Source: Acidobacteriota bacterium
Lineage (GTDB): Bacteria > Acidobacteriota > UBA890 > WLXD01
NCBI GenBank assembly: GCA_965205505.1
Contig: CBDBHB010000009.1
Coordinates: 1,184,001 to 1,248,000 of the forward strand
Direction: 5' to 3'
Length of the DNA: 64,000 bases
The translations under genes were made by a program, and so were the position numbers. Positions within the stretch are counted from its first letter, which is position 1; each line of letters starts with the position of its first letter. The notes below the pieces were generated by a model. It was not told where the DNA came from and searched no databases. It saw nothing but the letters and a program-made list of their open reading frames with translations. Shown here piece after piece: positions 49,003 to 58,171 of this stretch.

Positions 49003-49593
49003 ATGAGCGTGCAGGAGAGCTCGGCGCGACTCGTTGATGCTGCCGCCGCATCGGACGACCTTCGCGGCGGTGCGCTCGGAAGAATTCGCTCGGCGTTCGA
49101 TATCCTGCGCTTCCGCGCTGCTGCGGTCGATGAGGCGAGCAACGACGAGGGCGCCTTCCTGGCTGCGGCGACGATTGCGGCGCTCGCCGGCATAGCCGCC
49201 GCCGCCGGCTTTGGCTCATCGCTCGCGGGCCACCTCGGTTACAGCGTTGTCTACCTGGCAGGCAGCTTCCTGTTCGCCGGCGTCATCCATCTGGGCGCCG
49301 TGGTCGTGCTCAACGCCAAGCGCGATTTTCTGGCGTTCTATCGACCGTTCGGACACACCTACCTGGCGCTTTGGATCATCGGCATTCCGGTGATCCAGGT
49401 GTTCTTCGGCTGGGCGGTGTGGCTGTGGCAGCTGGCCTCGGTGGTGTTCATAGCCGAGCGTGTGTATGGCCTCGATCGAGGGCGCGCCGTCGCCTTGATT
49501 GCGGTGCCGGCAGTGGCCGGGCTCGTGGTGGCCGTAGTGTTCAACGGCGCGCTGACGCTGATGGCGCTGGTGGCGAGCTGGCTGCTCTGGTGA
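49003..49593 (+). CDS. YIP1-like membrane protein
   Basis: About five TM segments; operonic with previous genes. Confidence 0.6.
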   Translation: MSVQESSARLVDAAAASDDLRGGALGRIRSAFDILRFRAAAVDEASNDEGAFLAAATIAALAGIAAAAGFGSSLAGHLGYSVVYLAGSFLFAGVIHLGAVVVLNAKRDFLAFYRPFGHTYLALWIIGIPVIQVFFGWAVWLWQLASVVFIAERVYGLDRGRAVALIAVPAVAGLVVAVVFNGALTLMALVASWLLW

Positions 49594-49643
49594 CGGGTGG
49601 CGGTACTGCGGCGCCGCTCAGGAAGAATCGCAGCGCATAGTCA

Positions 49644-49695
49644 ACTCAGTCGCGCGCGACACAATATGCAACGAACCTCTGTTGCAGGACGCTAA
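49644..49695. repeat. Isolated type-A element end
   Basis: Reverse complement of 19702-19753; supplies the stop of the M23 gene. Confidence 0.8.
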
Positions 49696-50726
49696 TTCTC
49701 CAGTCCGAAGATCCGATTGGCCAGGGCGCGGATGGCGTCGGGGCTCAGGCCCTCGCCCAGATAGTGATCGTCGGTGCGCAACTCGAAGTGCAGGTGGGCT
49801 CCCCCGCGGGTGCCGTTGGCGCCGGCTTCCATGCCCGAGTTGCCGACGAATCCAATGACTGTTCGCGCGCCGATCGCGGCACCCGGCTCGATGCCGGGAG
49901 CGACGCCCGACAAATGGGCATACCGGGTGACAACGCCTTGCCCATGATCGATCCAGATCTGACGGCCCCGTAGCGAATCGAGCTCGGCCGGGGGGGTGGT
50001 TCCGGCGGCGCGTGATGTGGCGATGACCTCGGCGTACTGATCCGGCGTCATCTCCACGTGGTTGATGTCGGCGCGCACTACTGTGCCGGCTTTCGCCGCT
50101 ACCACGGCGGCGCCATAGCCGGTCGGCACACCGACGAAACCGCCGTACATGTCGAAGCCCTGGTGGATGCCGAAGCGATAGCCGCGGGTCGCGCCGGGCA
50201 GCAGTCGATCAGCGTCGGGTAGCTTCGCACCCAGCACCGGCAGCTCGAAGCCCGACAAGCGCCAGTTGTCGTAGCGTCGGCTGAGCTCGCCGACGAACTC
50301 GCGCACCCGCATGTCGACCAACTCCACGTTGCCGGGCCCGCTGGCGGCCAGCGCGGCAGCGAACGGCTCGGAACGCAACAACTCTTGCAGGGCTCCTGGC
50401 ACCTCACCCTGGTCGAGGATCGAATCGCCGCCGTAGTCCCAGGCGGTAATGCCGCCGGAAGGCTGCAGCTGATCCTCGGGGCCGATCGCGGCGTCGTAGG
50501 CAACCACGTCGGGGGCGCCGTCGTCGTCGCGGTCCCAGTACCACAAGCGTGCGGTGGCGACGATCTCCTGCAGGCGAAGGTCGGCGGTACCGCTGGCGTC
50601 GGTGTCGTACAACGTGGTGACCACGGTGTAGCTAGGGCCCGGCGTCGGAATCAGGTCGAAATAGAACGCCGCGCCTGCAGCTGCCACCAAGAGCAGCGCG
50701 ATGAAGATGAGCCCAATTCGTTTCAT
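49692..50726 (-). CDS. M23 family metallopeptidase
   Basis: HQGFD, YAHL, HLHFE; N-terminal TM. Confidence 0.88.
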   Translation of the reverse strand: MKRIGLIFIALLLVAAAGAAFYFDLIPTPGPSYTVVTTLYDTDASGTADLRLQEIVATARLWYWDRDDDGAPDVVAYDAAIGPEDQLQPSGGITAWDYGGDSILDQGEVPGALQELLRSEPFAAALAASGPGNVELVDMRVREFVGELSRRYDNWRLSGFELPVLGAKLPDADRLLPGATRGYRFGIHQGFDMYGGFVGVPTGYGAAVVAAKAGTVVRADINHVEMTPDQYAEVIATSRAAGTTPPAELDSLRGRQIWIDHGQGVVTRYAHLSGVAPGIEPGAAIGARTVIGFVGNSGMEAGANGTRGGAHLHFELRTDDHYLGEGLSPDAIRALANRIFGLEN

Positions 50727-50833
50727 GCGTTTCCCAGGGTGGCATAGCCAGCTGCTCAGGGCAGCGTAACACGGGGTAAGCTTGTGCTTGGGCGGTTCCC
50801 CGAGTGCTCGACCATCAACGATAGGGAGGCGAC

Positions 50834-52258
50834 ATGCTTGGCAGCCGAGCTGGGCGTGCGGTTTTGATCGCCTTGGCGCTCGCCCTCTGCGTTGACAGTC
50901 CGGCCGGCGCCGCCGCCGCACAGGGAATCGACTGGGACGCGCTGGGCGACGAGGCGGTGACGTTGCTACGTCACTACGTGCGGATCCGCACCGTAAACCC
51001 ACCCGGGGACGAGTATCTGGCGACCGACTTCTTCGCCGCGCTGTTCACGGCCGAAGGAATCCCGCACGAGATCTTCGAGAGCGAGCCGGGACGCAGCAAC
51101 GTCGTGGCCCGCCTACCGGGCAACGGAACGCTCGGCGGGCACGTGGTGTTGCTCAACCATACCGACGTGGTACCGGCCGACGAGCGTTTCTGGAACGTCG
51201 ACCCCTTCGGCGGCGACCTGGTAGGCGATCACATCTACGGTCGTGGGGTGGCCGATATGAAGGCCGACGCCATTGTGCAATTCCTCGCCATGGCAGCGCT
51301 CCACCGTGCCGGTATCGAGCTCGGACGCGATGTGATCTTCATGGCCACGGCGGCGGAGGAGACTGGTGGCCTCGAAGGGGCGGGCTACATTGTTCGCGAG
51401 CGCCCGGACTTGCTCGAAGGCGTCGAGTTCGTGCTCACCGAGGGCGGCAGCGTGCGCGTCGTGGGCGATCGCACGGTTCATCGCATCGAGACAACGCAGA
51501 AGACCCCCCTCTGGCTCCGCCTTACGGCGCGCGGACGCGCCGGTCACGGGGCGCGCGCGATTCCCACGTCGGCCGCTAATAGGCTCGTTCGGGCGCTGGA
51601 TCGCGTCCGCACCTACCGGCCGGCAATCCGGCTGGTGCCTGCCGTCGCCGAGGCCATTCGAGCCGCGGCGGCCGTCGAGGCCGACACCGACCTGGCGGCT
51701 GAGATGCGCATCATCGAGCGCACCATCGCCCGACCCCACATGCTCGATGTGTTGGAGGTCCCATTCGGCAACCTGCTCCGCAACACCATCGCGATCACCG
51801 TGATCGAGGGAAGCTCGAAGACGAACGTGATATCTGCTGCCGCCGTCGCCGAGCTCGATTGCCGGCTCCTGCCGGGGGAGAGCCCCGAGCTGTTCATCGC
51901 GTCGCTGCGCGATGTGATCGACGACGACGAGATCGAGATCGAGACCCTGCTGAGCTTCGAACCCTCGGCCTCGCCCCGCGACACCGCGCTGTGGGGAGCG
52001 ATCGAGGAGGCGGCTCGCCGTGACGACGCCCGTGCCGCCGTGATCCCGACCGTGCTCGCCGGCTTCACCGACAGCCACTTCTTCCGCGAACGAGACATCG
52101 TTGCGTATGGCTGGTCACCGATCCTGCTACGGCTCGGCGATGGCCAGGGCCATGCCGTCGACGAGCGCCTGTCCGTCGAATCGATCCGTCGAGCGCCGCG
52201 AATGTTGTTCGACGTATTGACGCTGCTGGCTAGCTTACCTGGGAATTCGGGAGGCTAG
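50834..52258 (+). CDS. M20/M25/M40 family peptidase
   Basis: HTDVVP, GRG..DMK, EE.GG, GH, H..DE. Confidence 0.9.
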   Translation: MLGSRAGRAVLIALALALCVDSPAGAAAAQGIDWDALGDEAVTLLRHYVRIRTVNPPGDEYLATDFFAALFTAEGIPHEIFESEPGRSNVVARLPGNGTLGGHVVLLNHTDVVPADERFWNVDPFGGDLVGDHIYGRGVADMKADAIVQFLAMAALHRAGIELGRDVIFMATAAEETGGLEGAGYIVRERPDLLEGVEFVLTEGGSVRVVGDRTVHRIETTQKTPLWLRLTARGRAGHGARAIPTSAANRLVRALDRVRTYRPAIRLVPAVAEAIRAAAAVEADTDLAAEMRIIERTIARPHMLDVLEVPFGNLLRNTIAITVIEGSSKTNVISAAAVAELDCRLLPGESPELFIASLRDVIDDDEIEIETLLSFEPSASPRDTALWGAIEEAARRDDARAAVIPTVLAGFTDSHFFRERDIVAYGWSPILLRLGDGQGHAVDERLSVESIRRAPRMLFDVLTLLASLPGNSGG

Positions 52259-52291
52259 GGGGATCGGCGGCGTGTCGTCTCCGCCGCCCTC

Positions 52292-53422
52292 CTACTCCCC
52301 AGGTTCCTCCCCCTCCGCTTCCCCGAACGCCTTGTACGCATAGTCGCGCAGCGCCTCCAGGTCAGCGATAGACAGATTGGCGCGCAGCGTCACGTCGCGT
52401 CCGCTGCTGCCGGCGGTGATGCCGCGGTCGAGGATGGCGAAAACGTCGGGGTCGCTGCCCTGGATCATCATTTTGCCGAAGGCAAGCATGCCGTTGAGCG
52501 AGTCGCCGAGCAGCTTGGCATCGGAAGATTCCGCGGTGCGGCCGCGCAGGTTGACCTGGATACCGTCGGCCAGTCGCATCGACACGATCATCGCGTTGAT
52601 GCGATCGATGGGAATCTGCTGCATTGGAGCGCTGTCGTCCGGCGTGAAGTCTTTGAACAACGCGTCGTTCGCCGAGACGAACCAAGTCTCGCTGTCGGGA
52701 TCGACGTCCTCCAGCAGACCCATGAGTCGTGTGTTCGTGCGCGCCGACGCAGCGCCGTTGGCGACGTCGATGATGGCGCGAATGGTGCGGCTGCCGCCGA
52801 ACGCCACGGTGTTGTCATCGAGGATCGTCAGGTAGCCTTCGCCGTCGTCATCCTCATCCGGGTCATCCTCACCCGGATCGTCGTTGTCCGCGTCCTCGTC
52901 CGGTTGCTCGCCTTCCTCGTCGTTGCGTTGCCAACCGTCGGCAGAGTAGAGCGTGTAACCGCCGTACTCTTCCGTCGACTGTCCGCCTATCGATTCGAGC
53001 AGCTTGTCGCGGTCGAAGGTTGCAACCACGACCGCGCCGGCCGCATCGCCCATGTCATCCGAGAACCACTGGCTGGATATGAACGCGATGCGATGCAGGT
53101 CAGTGCGGGGATCGATACCGGTCTCGGCGATGAGATCTTCGAACTCACTCGCGTCGCCGACGGCAGCGCCCTCTTGCCGTAAGAAGTCGTAGACGGGGCT
53201 GTTGCGCAAAGACGCGAAATTGATCAAGCTGAGGGTGGTGGCGTCGGCCGGCAGCCGCGCGATCAGGTCGCCCTGCGCCGCGGCCGACTCGTCACCAGCA
53301 GCCCCATCGGCGGTTGGCACGGCGGTGCCGGAGCACGCCACTGGAGGCAGCAGCAACAGCGCCAGAGCCCAGGCGATGGTGGTCAGGGGAAAGGCCCGAT
53401 CGCGGACCAGCTTGATGCTCAT
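52292..53422 (-). CDS. Hypothetical lipoprotein
   Basis: VAC lipobox; GIDP..D motif; acidic linker. Confidence 0.65.
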   Translation of the reverse strand: MSIKLVRDRAFPLTTIAWALALLLLPPVACSGTAVPTADGAAGDESAAAQGDLIARLPADATTLSLINFASLRNSPVYDFLRQEGAAVGDASEFEDLIAETGIDPRTDLHRIAFISSQWFSDDMGDAAGAVVVATFDRDKLLESIGGQSTEEYGGYTLYSADGWQRNDEEGEQPDEDADNDDPGEDDPDEDDDGEGYLTILDDNTVAFGGSRTIRAIIDVANGAASARTNTRLMGLLEDVDPDSETWFVSANDALFKDFTPDDSAPMQQIPIDRINAMIVSMRLADGIQVNLRGRTAESSDAKLLGDSLNGMLAFGKMMIQGSDPDVFAILDRGITAGSSGRDVTLRANLSIADLEALRDYAYKAFGEAEGEEPGE

Positions 53423-53460
53423 GCTCGTTCCTCCACGAGATTCCTCGGTATTTTGATAGC

Positions 53461-54375
53461 TCAGTAATCCTGACGCGCGAACCACCAACATGCCAGTGCC
53501 AGGCAGATCAGCGGGAACGGCAAGGAAGTCCACATCGGAGTCAGCGACATGGGCTCGAGACGGGTGGCCTGAGTGGCGCCTTCGGTCAGCTCCAGCGTCT
53601 TGGGCAGCACCCAGTACAACGTCTCCGCGATTCCGCTAGCCAGCGACCGCGGCCAGCCGGCGCGGAACGCTGTGGTCCACTCGGAATACGTGTGCAGGGG
53701 GTACAGGATCAGACCCATGAACCAGATGCCGATGCCGGCGATGATGCTCACCGGGCTGCTGCCGGTAAGAACCCCCACGAGCACCATACCGGCGTAGCAA
53801 CACGCAAAGGTGAACAGCACCGTCAGGCCCGCCAGCAGGAACCCGGCGTTGCCAAAGCCGGTCTTCCAGGTGAGCAACGACCAGCTGCCCCCGAACAGGT
53901 AGACGACCGCCAACGTGACCACTGCGACGGCGCCCAGCGTGCGGCCGAGCACCAGCGTGGTGCGCGCTACCGGCTGCGACGCCAGCAGATCGACCCAGCC
54001 GGTGCGCAGGGTTCGCGGGATGATGTTGCCGGTGACGAATAGCGACAGCACGAGCCCGAAAGTACTCAACAAGCCGACGATTGCCACCTGGATCACGGTC
54101 ACGGCGTCGGCGATAGAGATCTCGGTACCCCCGATCTGCAGCGGGATGGTGCCGAACAATCTTGCCGAAGCGATCATTCCCTCGACCACGTCGACGGAGA
54201 TCACCGTCGCCAGCGCGATAAGGAACAACGTGGTGAGCACGAACAGTGCCACCAGCGTCCACTTGTGGCGAGCCTCGCGCACCGTGTAACCGACCAGCGC
54301 CCCGAGCTGTTGCAGCGTAAGGCGGTGCCGGCTGGCTGCCGGGGTGCCGAGTGTCGAGATGGCAGCGTCTGTCAT
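53461..54375 (-). CDS. ABC-2 type permease
   Basis: About six TM segments, S.PV.R motif, follows the ABC ATPase. Confidence 0.8.
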   Translation of the reverse strand: MTDAAISTLGTPAASRHRLTLQQLGALVGYTVREARHKWTLVALFVLTTLFLIALATVISVDVVEGMIASARLFGTIPLQIGGTEISIADAVTVIQVAIVGLLSTFGLVLSLFVTGNIIPRTLRTGWVDLLASQPVARTTLVLGRTLGAVAVVTLAVVYLFGGSWSLLTWKTGFGNAGFLLAGLTVLFTFACCYAGMVLVGVLTGSSPVSIIAGIGIWFMGLILYPLHTYSEWTTAFRAGWPRSLASGIAETLYWVLPKTLELTEGATQATRLEPMSLTPMWTSLPFPLICLALACWWFARQDY

Positions 54376-55430
54376 GACACGGGCTCGGTAGTGACAGTTG
54401 CCGGGGTGGGCTCGTCGGCTGGTGCCGGCGGGTCGGCGTCGCCCGCCTGGTCGGGCCTCGCTCCGCCGGGCAGGCCGGCCTCCGCATCCTCCGACGAGGC
54501 GTCGCTGATTGTCTGAACGAACACATCCTCGAGGCTGGCGCGAACGCGCTGAACTTCCTCGATCTCGATGCCGGATTGACGTACCCGATCGAGCGCCGCG
54601 TTGAGCTCGCCCCGATCGCTGACGCTCAGTCGCCAAGCGCTGCGTCCGGGCGGCGCTGCGAGGGCTTCGTGCTCATCGCCGGTGGCTGCCAGCGCGGCAC
54701 GCGCTTCGTCGTCGGAGGCGGCGAGCACCAGACGGTATTCGGGGTTGGGCGCTTGCAGTGAGCTGAGCGGCCCCTCGCGCCGAACCCGACCCTTGACGAG
54801 GATGGCCACACGGTCGCACAGGAGCTCGACCTCGCCGAGCATGTGCGAGTTCACGAACAGCGTCTTGCCCCTCTCGAGGTTGCGCCGCAGGATGCCGCGG
54901 ATCGACACCCTGCCGAGCGGATCGATGCCCTCGGTAGGCTCATCCAGGAACAGAACCTGGGGGTCCGGCAGCAGTGCCTGTGCCAGCGCCAAACGTTGCT
55001 GCATTCCCTTGGAGAATCCGCCTACGCGGTGGTCGCGCCAATTCGACATCTCGACTTCCTCGAGAACCACCTCGATACGCCGAGATCGAGCTTGCTTGTC
55101 CATTCCGAGCAGGCGCCCGAAGAGCTCCAGAACTTGGGCGGCGGTCAGAAAATCAGGATATGAGCGTCGCTCGGGCATGTAGCCGACGTTGGTGCGCGAC
55201 TTGGGACTACCGGCGGGCTCACCGAGCAGCATTGCGCTGCCGTCGGTGGGATGCACCAGCCCCAGCAATATCTTGACGAGCGTGGTTTTCCCGGCGCCGT
55301 TGGGTCCCAGCAGCCCGAACGCCTCGCCTGCTCCCACGTCGATGCTCACGCTGCGGAGCGCATCGACTCGGGAACCGAAGGGGCCGCCGCCGAATGTCTT
55401 TGACAGGCCGAGGGTCTCGATGACGTTCAT
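54372..55430 (-). CDS. ABC transporter ATP-binding protein
   Basis: GPNGAGKTT, FSKGMQQR, LDEPT, SH. Confidence 0.93.
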   Translation of the reverse strand: MNVIETLGLSKTFGGGPFGSRVDALRSVSIDVGAGEAFGLLGPNGAGKTTLVKILLGLVHPTDGSAMLLGEPAGSPKSRTNVGYMPERRSYPDFLTAAQVLELFGRLLGMDKQARSRRIEVVLEEVEMSNWRDHRVGGFSKGMQQRLALAQALLPDPQVLFLDEPTEGIDPLGRVSIRGILRRNLERGKTLFVNSHMLGEVELLCDRVAILVKGRVRREGPLSSLQAPNPEYRLVLAASDDEARAALAATGDEHEALAAPPGRSAWRLSVSDRGELNAALDRVRQSGIEIEEVQRVRASLEDVFVQTISDASSEDAEAGLPGGARPDQAGDADPPAPADEPTPATVTTEPVS

Positions 55431-55560
55431 AAGACTTGAATCATGTTTGGTGAGGGGGGCTACACCAGACTAAGACGGCCTCGCTCAGCGTAGGTTTCAC
55501 GCCCCAGTCGCGCCGCTGGAACGCCTGACCCTGCCCTCCTGCTAGGCTTGCCTAGATCCA

Positions 55561-55620
55561 TTGAGCTTGCCCCCATCTCGACCCAGCAATATGCAACGAA
55601 CCTCTGTTACAGGACACTAG
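55561..55620. repeat. Isolated type-A element end
   Basis: Near-identical to 19921-19980; ends in CTAG. Confidence 0.85.
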
Positions 55621-55628
55621 CGAGCGAC

Positions 55629-56003
55629 ATGACGGACACGAGCGGGCTCGCAGATCACTACAGCAACCCTCGTAATCTCGGTGACCTTGACGAGCCTGAC
55701 GCCGTGGCCCTCGTGCACAACCCGGTCTGCGGCGACATGTTGCGGTTGGTAGCAACATGTCGCGACGGCGTGATCGTCGAAGCCCGATTCAAAGCCTACG
55801 GGTGCGCTGCCGCGATCGCTGCCGGATCTGTCGCATCGGAGTTGATTTCCGGAACAACCATCGACGAAGCCGCGTCTATCAAGGACGAGGATATTCGTTC
55901 TGTGCTCGGGCCGCTGCCCCCGATGAAGGTGCATGCCATCGTGCTAGCTCGCGAGGGAATTCAGAACCTGGTCGAGCAGCTGCGACGGGCCAATGATGCC
56001 TAG
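55629..56003 (+). CDS. IscU/NifU-N-like scaffold protein
   Basis: DH..NPRN.G, NPVCGD, F..YGC, LPPMKVHA (third Cys absent). Confidence 0.8.
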   Translation: MTDTSGLADHYSNPRNLGDLDEPDAVALVHNPVCGDMLRLVATCRDGVIVEARFKAYGCAAAIAAGSVASELISGTTIDEAASIKDEDIRSVLGPLPPMKVHAIVLAREGIQNLVEQLRRANDA

Positions 56004-56027
56004 CAGAGTTCTTCAGCACCCTGCTAG
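56000..56027. repeat. Mini type-C element
   Basis: CTAG-CAGAGTTCTTCAGCACCCTG-CTAG; supplies the stop of the IscU-like gene. Confidence 0.75.
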
Positions 56028-56063
56028 GAGCCCGTACTGGCGCTGTGGTGGGCGAGAGCGCTC

Positions 56064-56342
56064 ATGCTACTGAGGCTCGCGGGCCTGACCTACAAGGCGG
56101 CGCGGCGCATCGTCGTGACGCTGGTTGGCGTGACAGTGCTGTTGATCGGCATCGTGCTGTTGGTCACGCCGGGTCCGGCGCTGCTGGTAATTCCCATCGG
56201 GCTGGCAATCCTCGGCCTGGAGTGGGCCTGGGCCCGGCGTCTGCTACGCGCCGTCAAGGACAAGGGCGGCGAGGCGCTGAAGCATGTCGCCTTGGGAGAC
56301 TTTCTGCGCGGCCGGTTCGGTCGCCCACCCACTGACGACTAG
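56064..56342 (+). CDS. PGPGW-domain membrane protein
   Basis: TPGPA..IP.GLAIL..E..WA. Confidence 0.8.
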   Translation: MLLRLAGLTYKAARRIVVTLVGVTVLLIGIVLLVTPGPALLVIPIGLAILGLEWAWARRLLRAVKDKGGEALKHVALGDFLRGRFGRPPTDD

Positions 56343-56983
56343 TCGTTCTGCGCCTCGGCAGCGCCGAAAGCGTGCTCGAGCAGCGAGGTGATATCGCTCA
56401 CCGTCTCGTTGCCTTTGTCCTGGGCATACCACGCGTACTTACGGTCGTAGAGCACCTTGCGCGGTAGCTCGTTCTCGTTGCCCAGGAACCATTCCTGCAG
56501 CACGCCGGGGCGCTCGATCCAGCTGCCGATCTCGTTGTAGTTGCTGTCGAGGGCGATGACGGTCGGTGTGGCGGGGCGGCCATCGGGAGTGGGGCGTTGC
56601 CGCATCACATCCGCGCCGACGTGGGAGTTGACGATCCGCATCTCCAGTCCCGCTACCGCTTCGACCAAACGGGCCAGGTAGGGGATCGTGTTAACCGAGT
56701 CGCCGCACCAATCCTCGGCGACTACGAGAAGTCTGGCTGAAGCGCCTACGCCGCGCGCCCGAGCGAGTGCCGCCGGCGACGGGACACCTTCCTCGTAGTT
56801 GCGAAGCCACGCCTCCCGGCGCTGGTCCGCCACCTCGAGGAACTGATCAAAAGCGATGCCGCGCTGGTAGAGTGCCTCCAGGTCTTCAGGCGACTGCTGC
56901 CGCGCCAGCGTTGCGGAGGCCCCGGCAACAGTGATCAGCACCGTCGCGACGAGCCCGCCGACGGCTCGGCTCAGGCGCGTCAT
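56339..56983 (-). CDS. Exported thioredoxin family protein
   Basis: EDWCGDS, TPT, W.ERP. Confidence 0.8.
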   Translation of the reverse strand: MTRLSRAVGGLVATVLITVAGASATLARQQSPEDLEALYQRGIAFDQFLEVADQRREAWLRNYEEGVPSPAALARARGVGASARLLVVAEDWCGDSVNTIPYLARLVEAVAGLEMRIVNSHVGADVMRQRPTPDGRPATPTVIALDSNYNEIGSWIERPGVLQEWFLGNENELPRKVLYDRKYAWYAQDKGNETVSDITSLLEHAFGAAEAQND

Positions 56984-57441
56984 CAGTAGCTGGCGAAGAC
57001 CTGCGTGTTGCCCTCGTGGTCGATCGCCAGCACGTCGTAACGGTCCCTGCGCCCACCTTCCATGCCAGGCGCGCCCATCGGCATCCCGGGCACGGTGATG
57101 CCCTTGATCTCGGGCCGTTCGCTGAGCAACCGCGCGACCTCGCGCGCCGGGACGTGACCCTCGACCAGATAGCCGTCGACCATCGACGTATGGCAACCGG
57201 CGGTTTCGGGCGTGATCCCCTCACGCTCCTTGATGTTGTTGAGCTCGTCGGTCTTGTGGATCTCGACGGTAAAGCCGTTGGATTCCATGTGCGCCGCCCA
57301 CTTGCTGCAGCAACCGCACGCCGGGTTCTGGTACATCACCACCTTGGTGCCGTCGACCAGGGGTGTGCGTCCGGCATACAGCCAGCCGCCCGCGAAGGCG
57401 ACCAGGACTACGGCGATCGCAACGATTCGCTTGGTGCTCAT
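56983..57441 (-). CDS. DUF411 (CopG-like) metal-binding protein
   Basis: CGCC..W, CHT, EGHVP, VPGMP.G.PGM. Confidence 0.88.
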   Translation of the reverse strand: MSTKRIVAIAVVLVAFAGGWLYAGRTPLVDGTKVVMYQNPACGCCSKWAAHMESNGFTVEIHKTDELNNIKEREGITPETAGCHTSMVDGYLVEGHVPAREVARLLSERPEIKGITVPGMPMGAPGMEGGRRDRYDVLAIDHEGNTQVFASY

Positions 57442-57585
57442 GTCGGGACTCCGGCGTTGTTCGTTATGACTCTGTCTTGACAGTGGTGGGTGCTTCTAGC
57501 CTGAAGTCGAAGCGCGCACCGAGTCGATCTTATCGCCTGGAAGGAGGTCAGGGTATGGGCAGGGATCCTCGCTGCGAGGCGCGGC

Positions 57586-58080
57586 TCACTCGGCCTGGGC
57601 CGACTCAACGGCTTGCGGCCTAGCTGCCGGCACGGCGTGCGGGGTGTTGTAGGCCACCATGATTATGCCCGCACCGACCACCACGATGCCGAGCCACAGC
57701 CACGGGCTCACGTGTTCGGCCCGCGGCAGGGTCACGAGCGCGGAGATCGTCACCGCGCCACCGAACACGATCGGCATCACCAAATGGGGGAGAGCAGCGC
57801 CCCCGGTGAACATGGCGAGAGTCAGATTCAACGCACCCCAGGCCCCGAGCGTGCCGGCGACCAAGCCCCAGAACGCACCGGCGCTGCTGAAAGACAGCTC
57901 GTCGCCGTTGACACGCATACCGATAAGGCCACCGACGATGGCCCACACGATGTATGCGAGACCAATCAAGAAGTACGGCTTGAACGGGCTCGACAGCGAC
58001 GAGCGCGCCTGCGCCAGCGTTGGACCGTACAGTCCCCAGCACATTGCGGTGAGCAGAGCGAAGAGGATCGGATTACGCAT
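57586..58080 (-). CDS. Small multi-TM protein (EamA-like)
   Basis: WGLYG, G.LGA.GA, VMPIVFG. Confidence 0.65.
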   Translation of the reverse strand: MRNPILFALLTAMCWGLYGPTLAQARSSLSSPFKPYFLIGLAYIVWAIVGGLIGMRVNGDELSFSSAGAFWGLVAGTLGAWGALNLTLAMFTGGAALPHLVMPIVFGGAVTISALVTLPRAEHVSPWLWLGIVVVGAGIIMVAYNTPHAVPAARPQAVESAQAE

Positions 58081-58171
58081 TGGGGACCTCGGAGTGCAGG
58101 TTGGTAGAGTCTCCCAGCGTACAGCAGAATCCTTGTGGGCCCAGGCTGGGTCGAGCGCGCCGCACGGCCTG

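Noticed and set aside
57476-57505. MerR-type promoter (TTGACA) near the DUF411 gene
   Set aside because: Faces away from the gene and the dyad symmetry is weak
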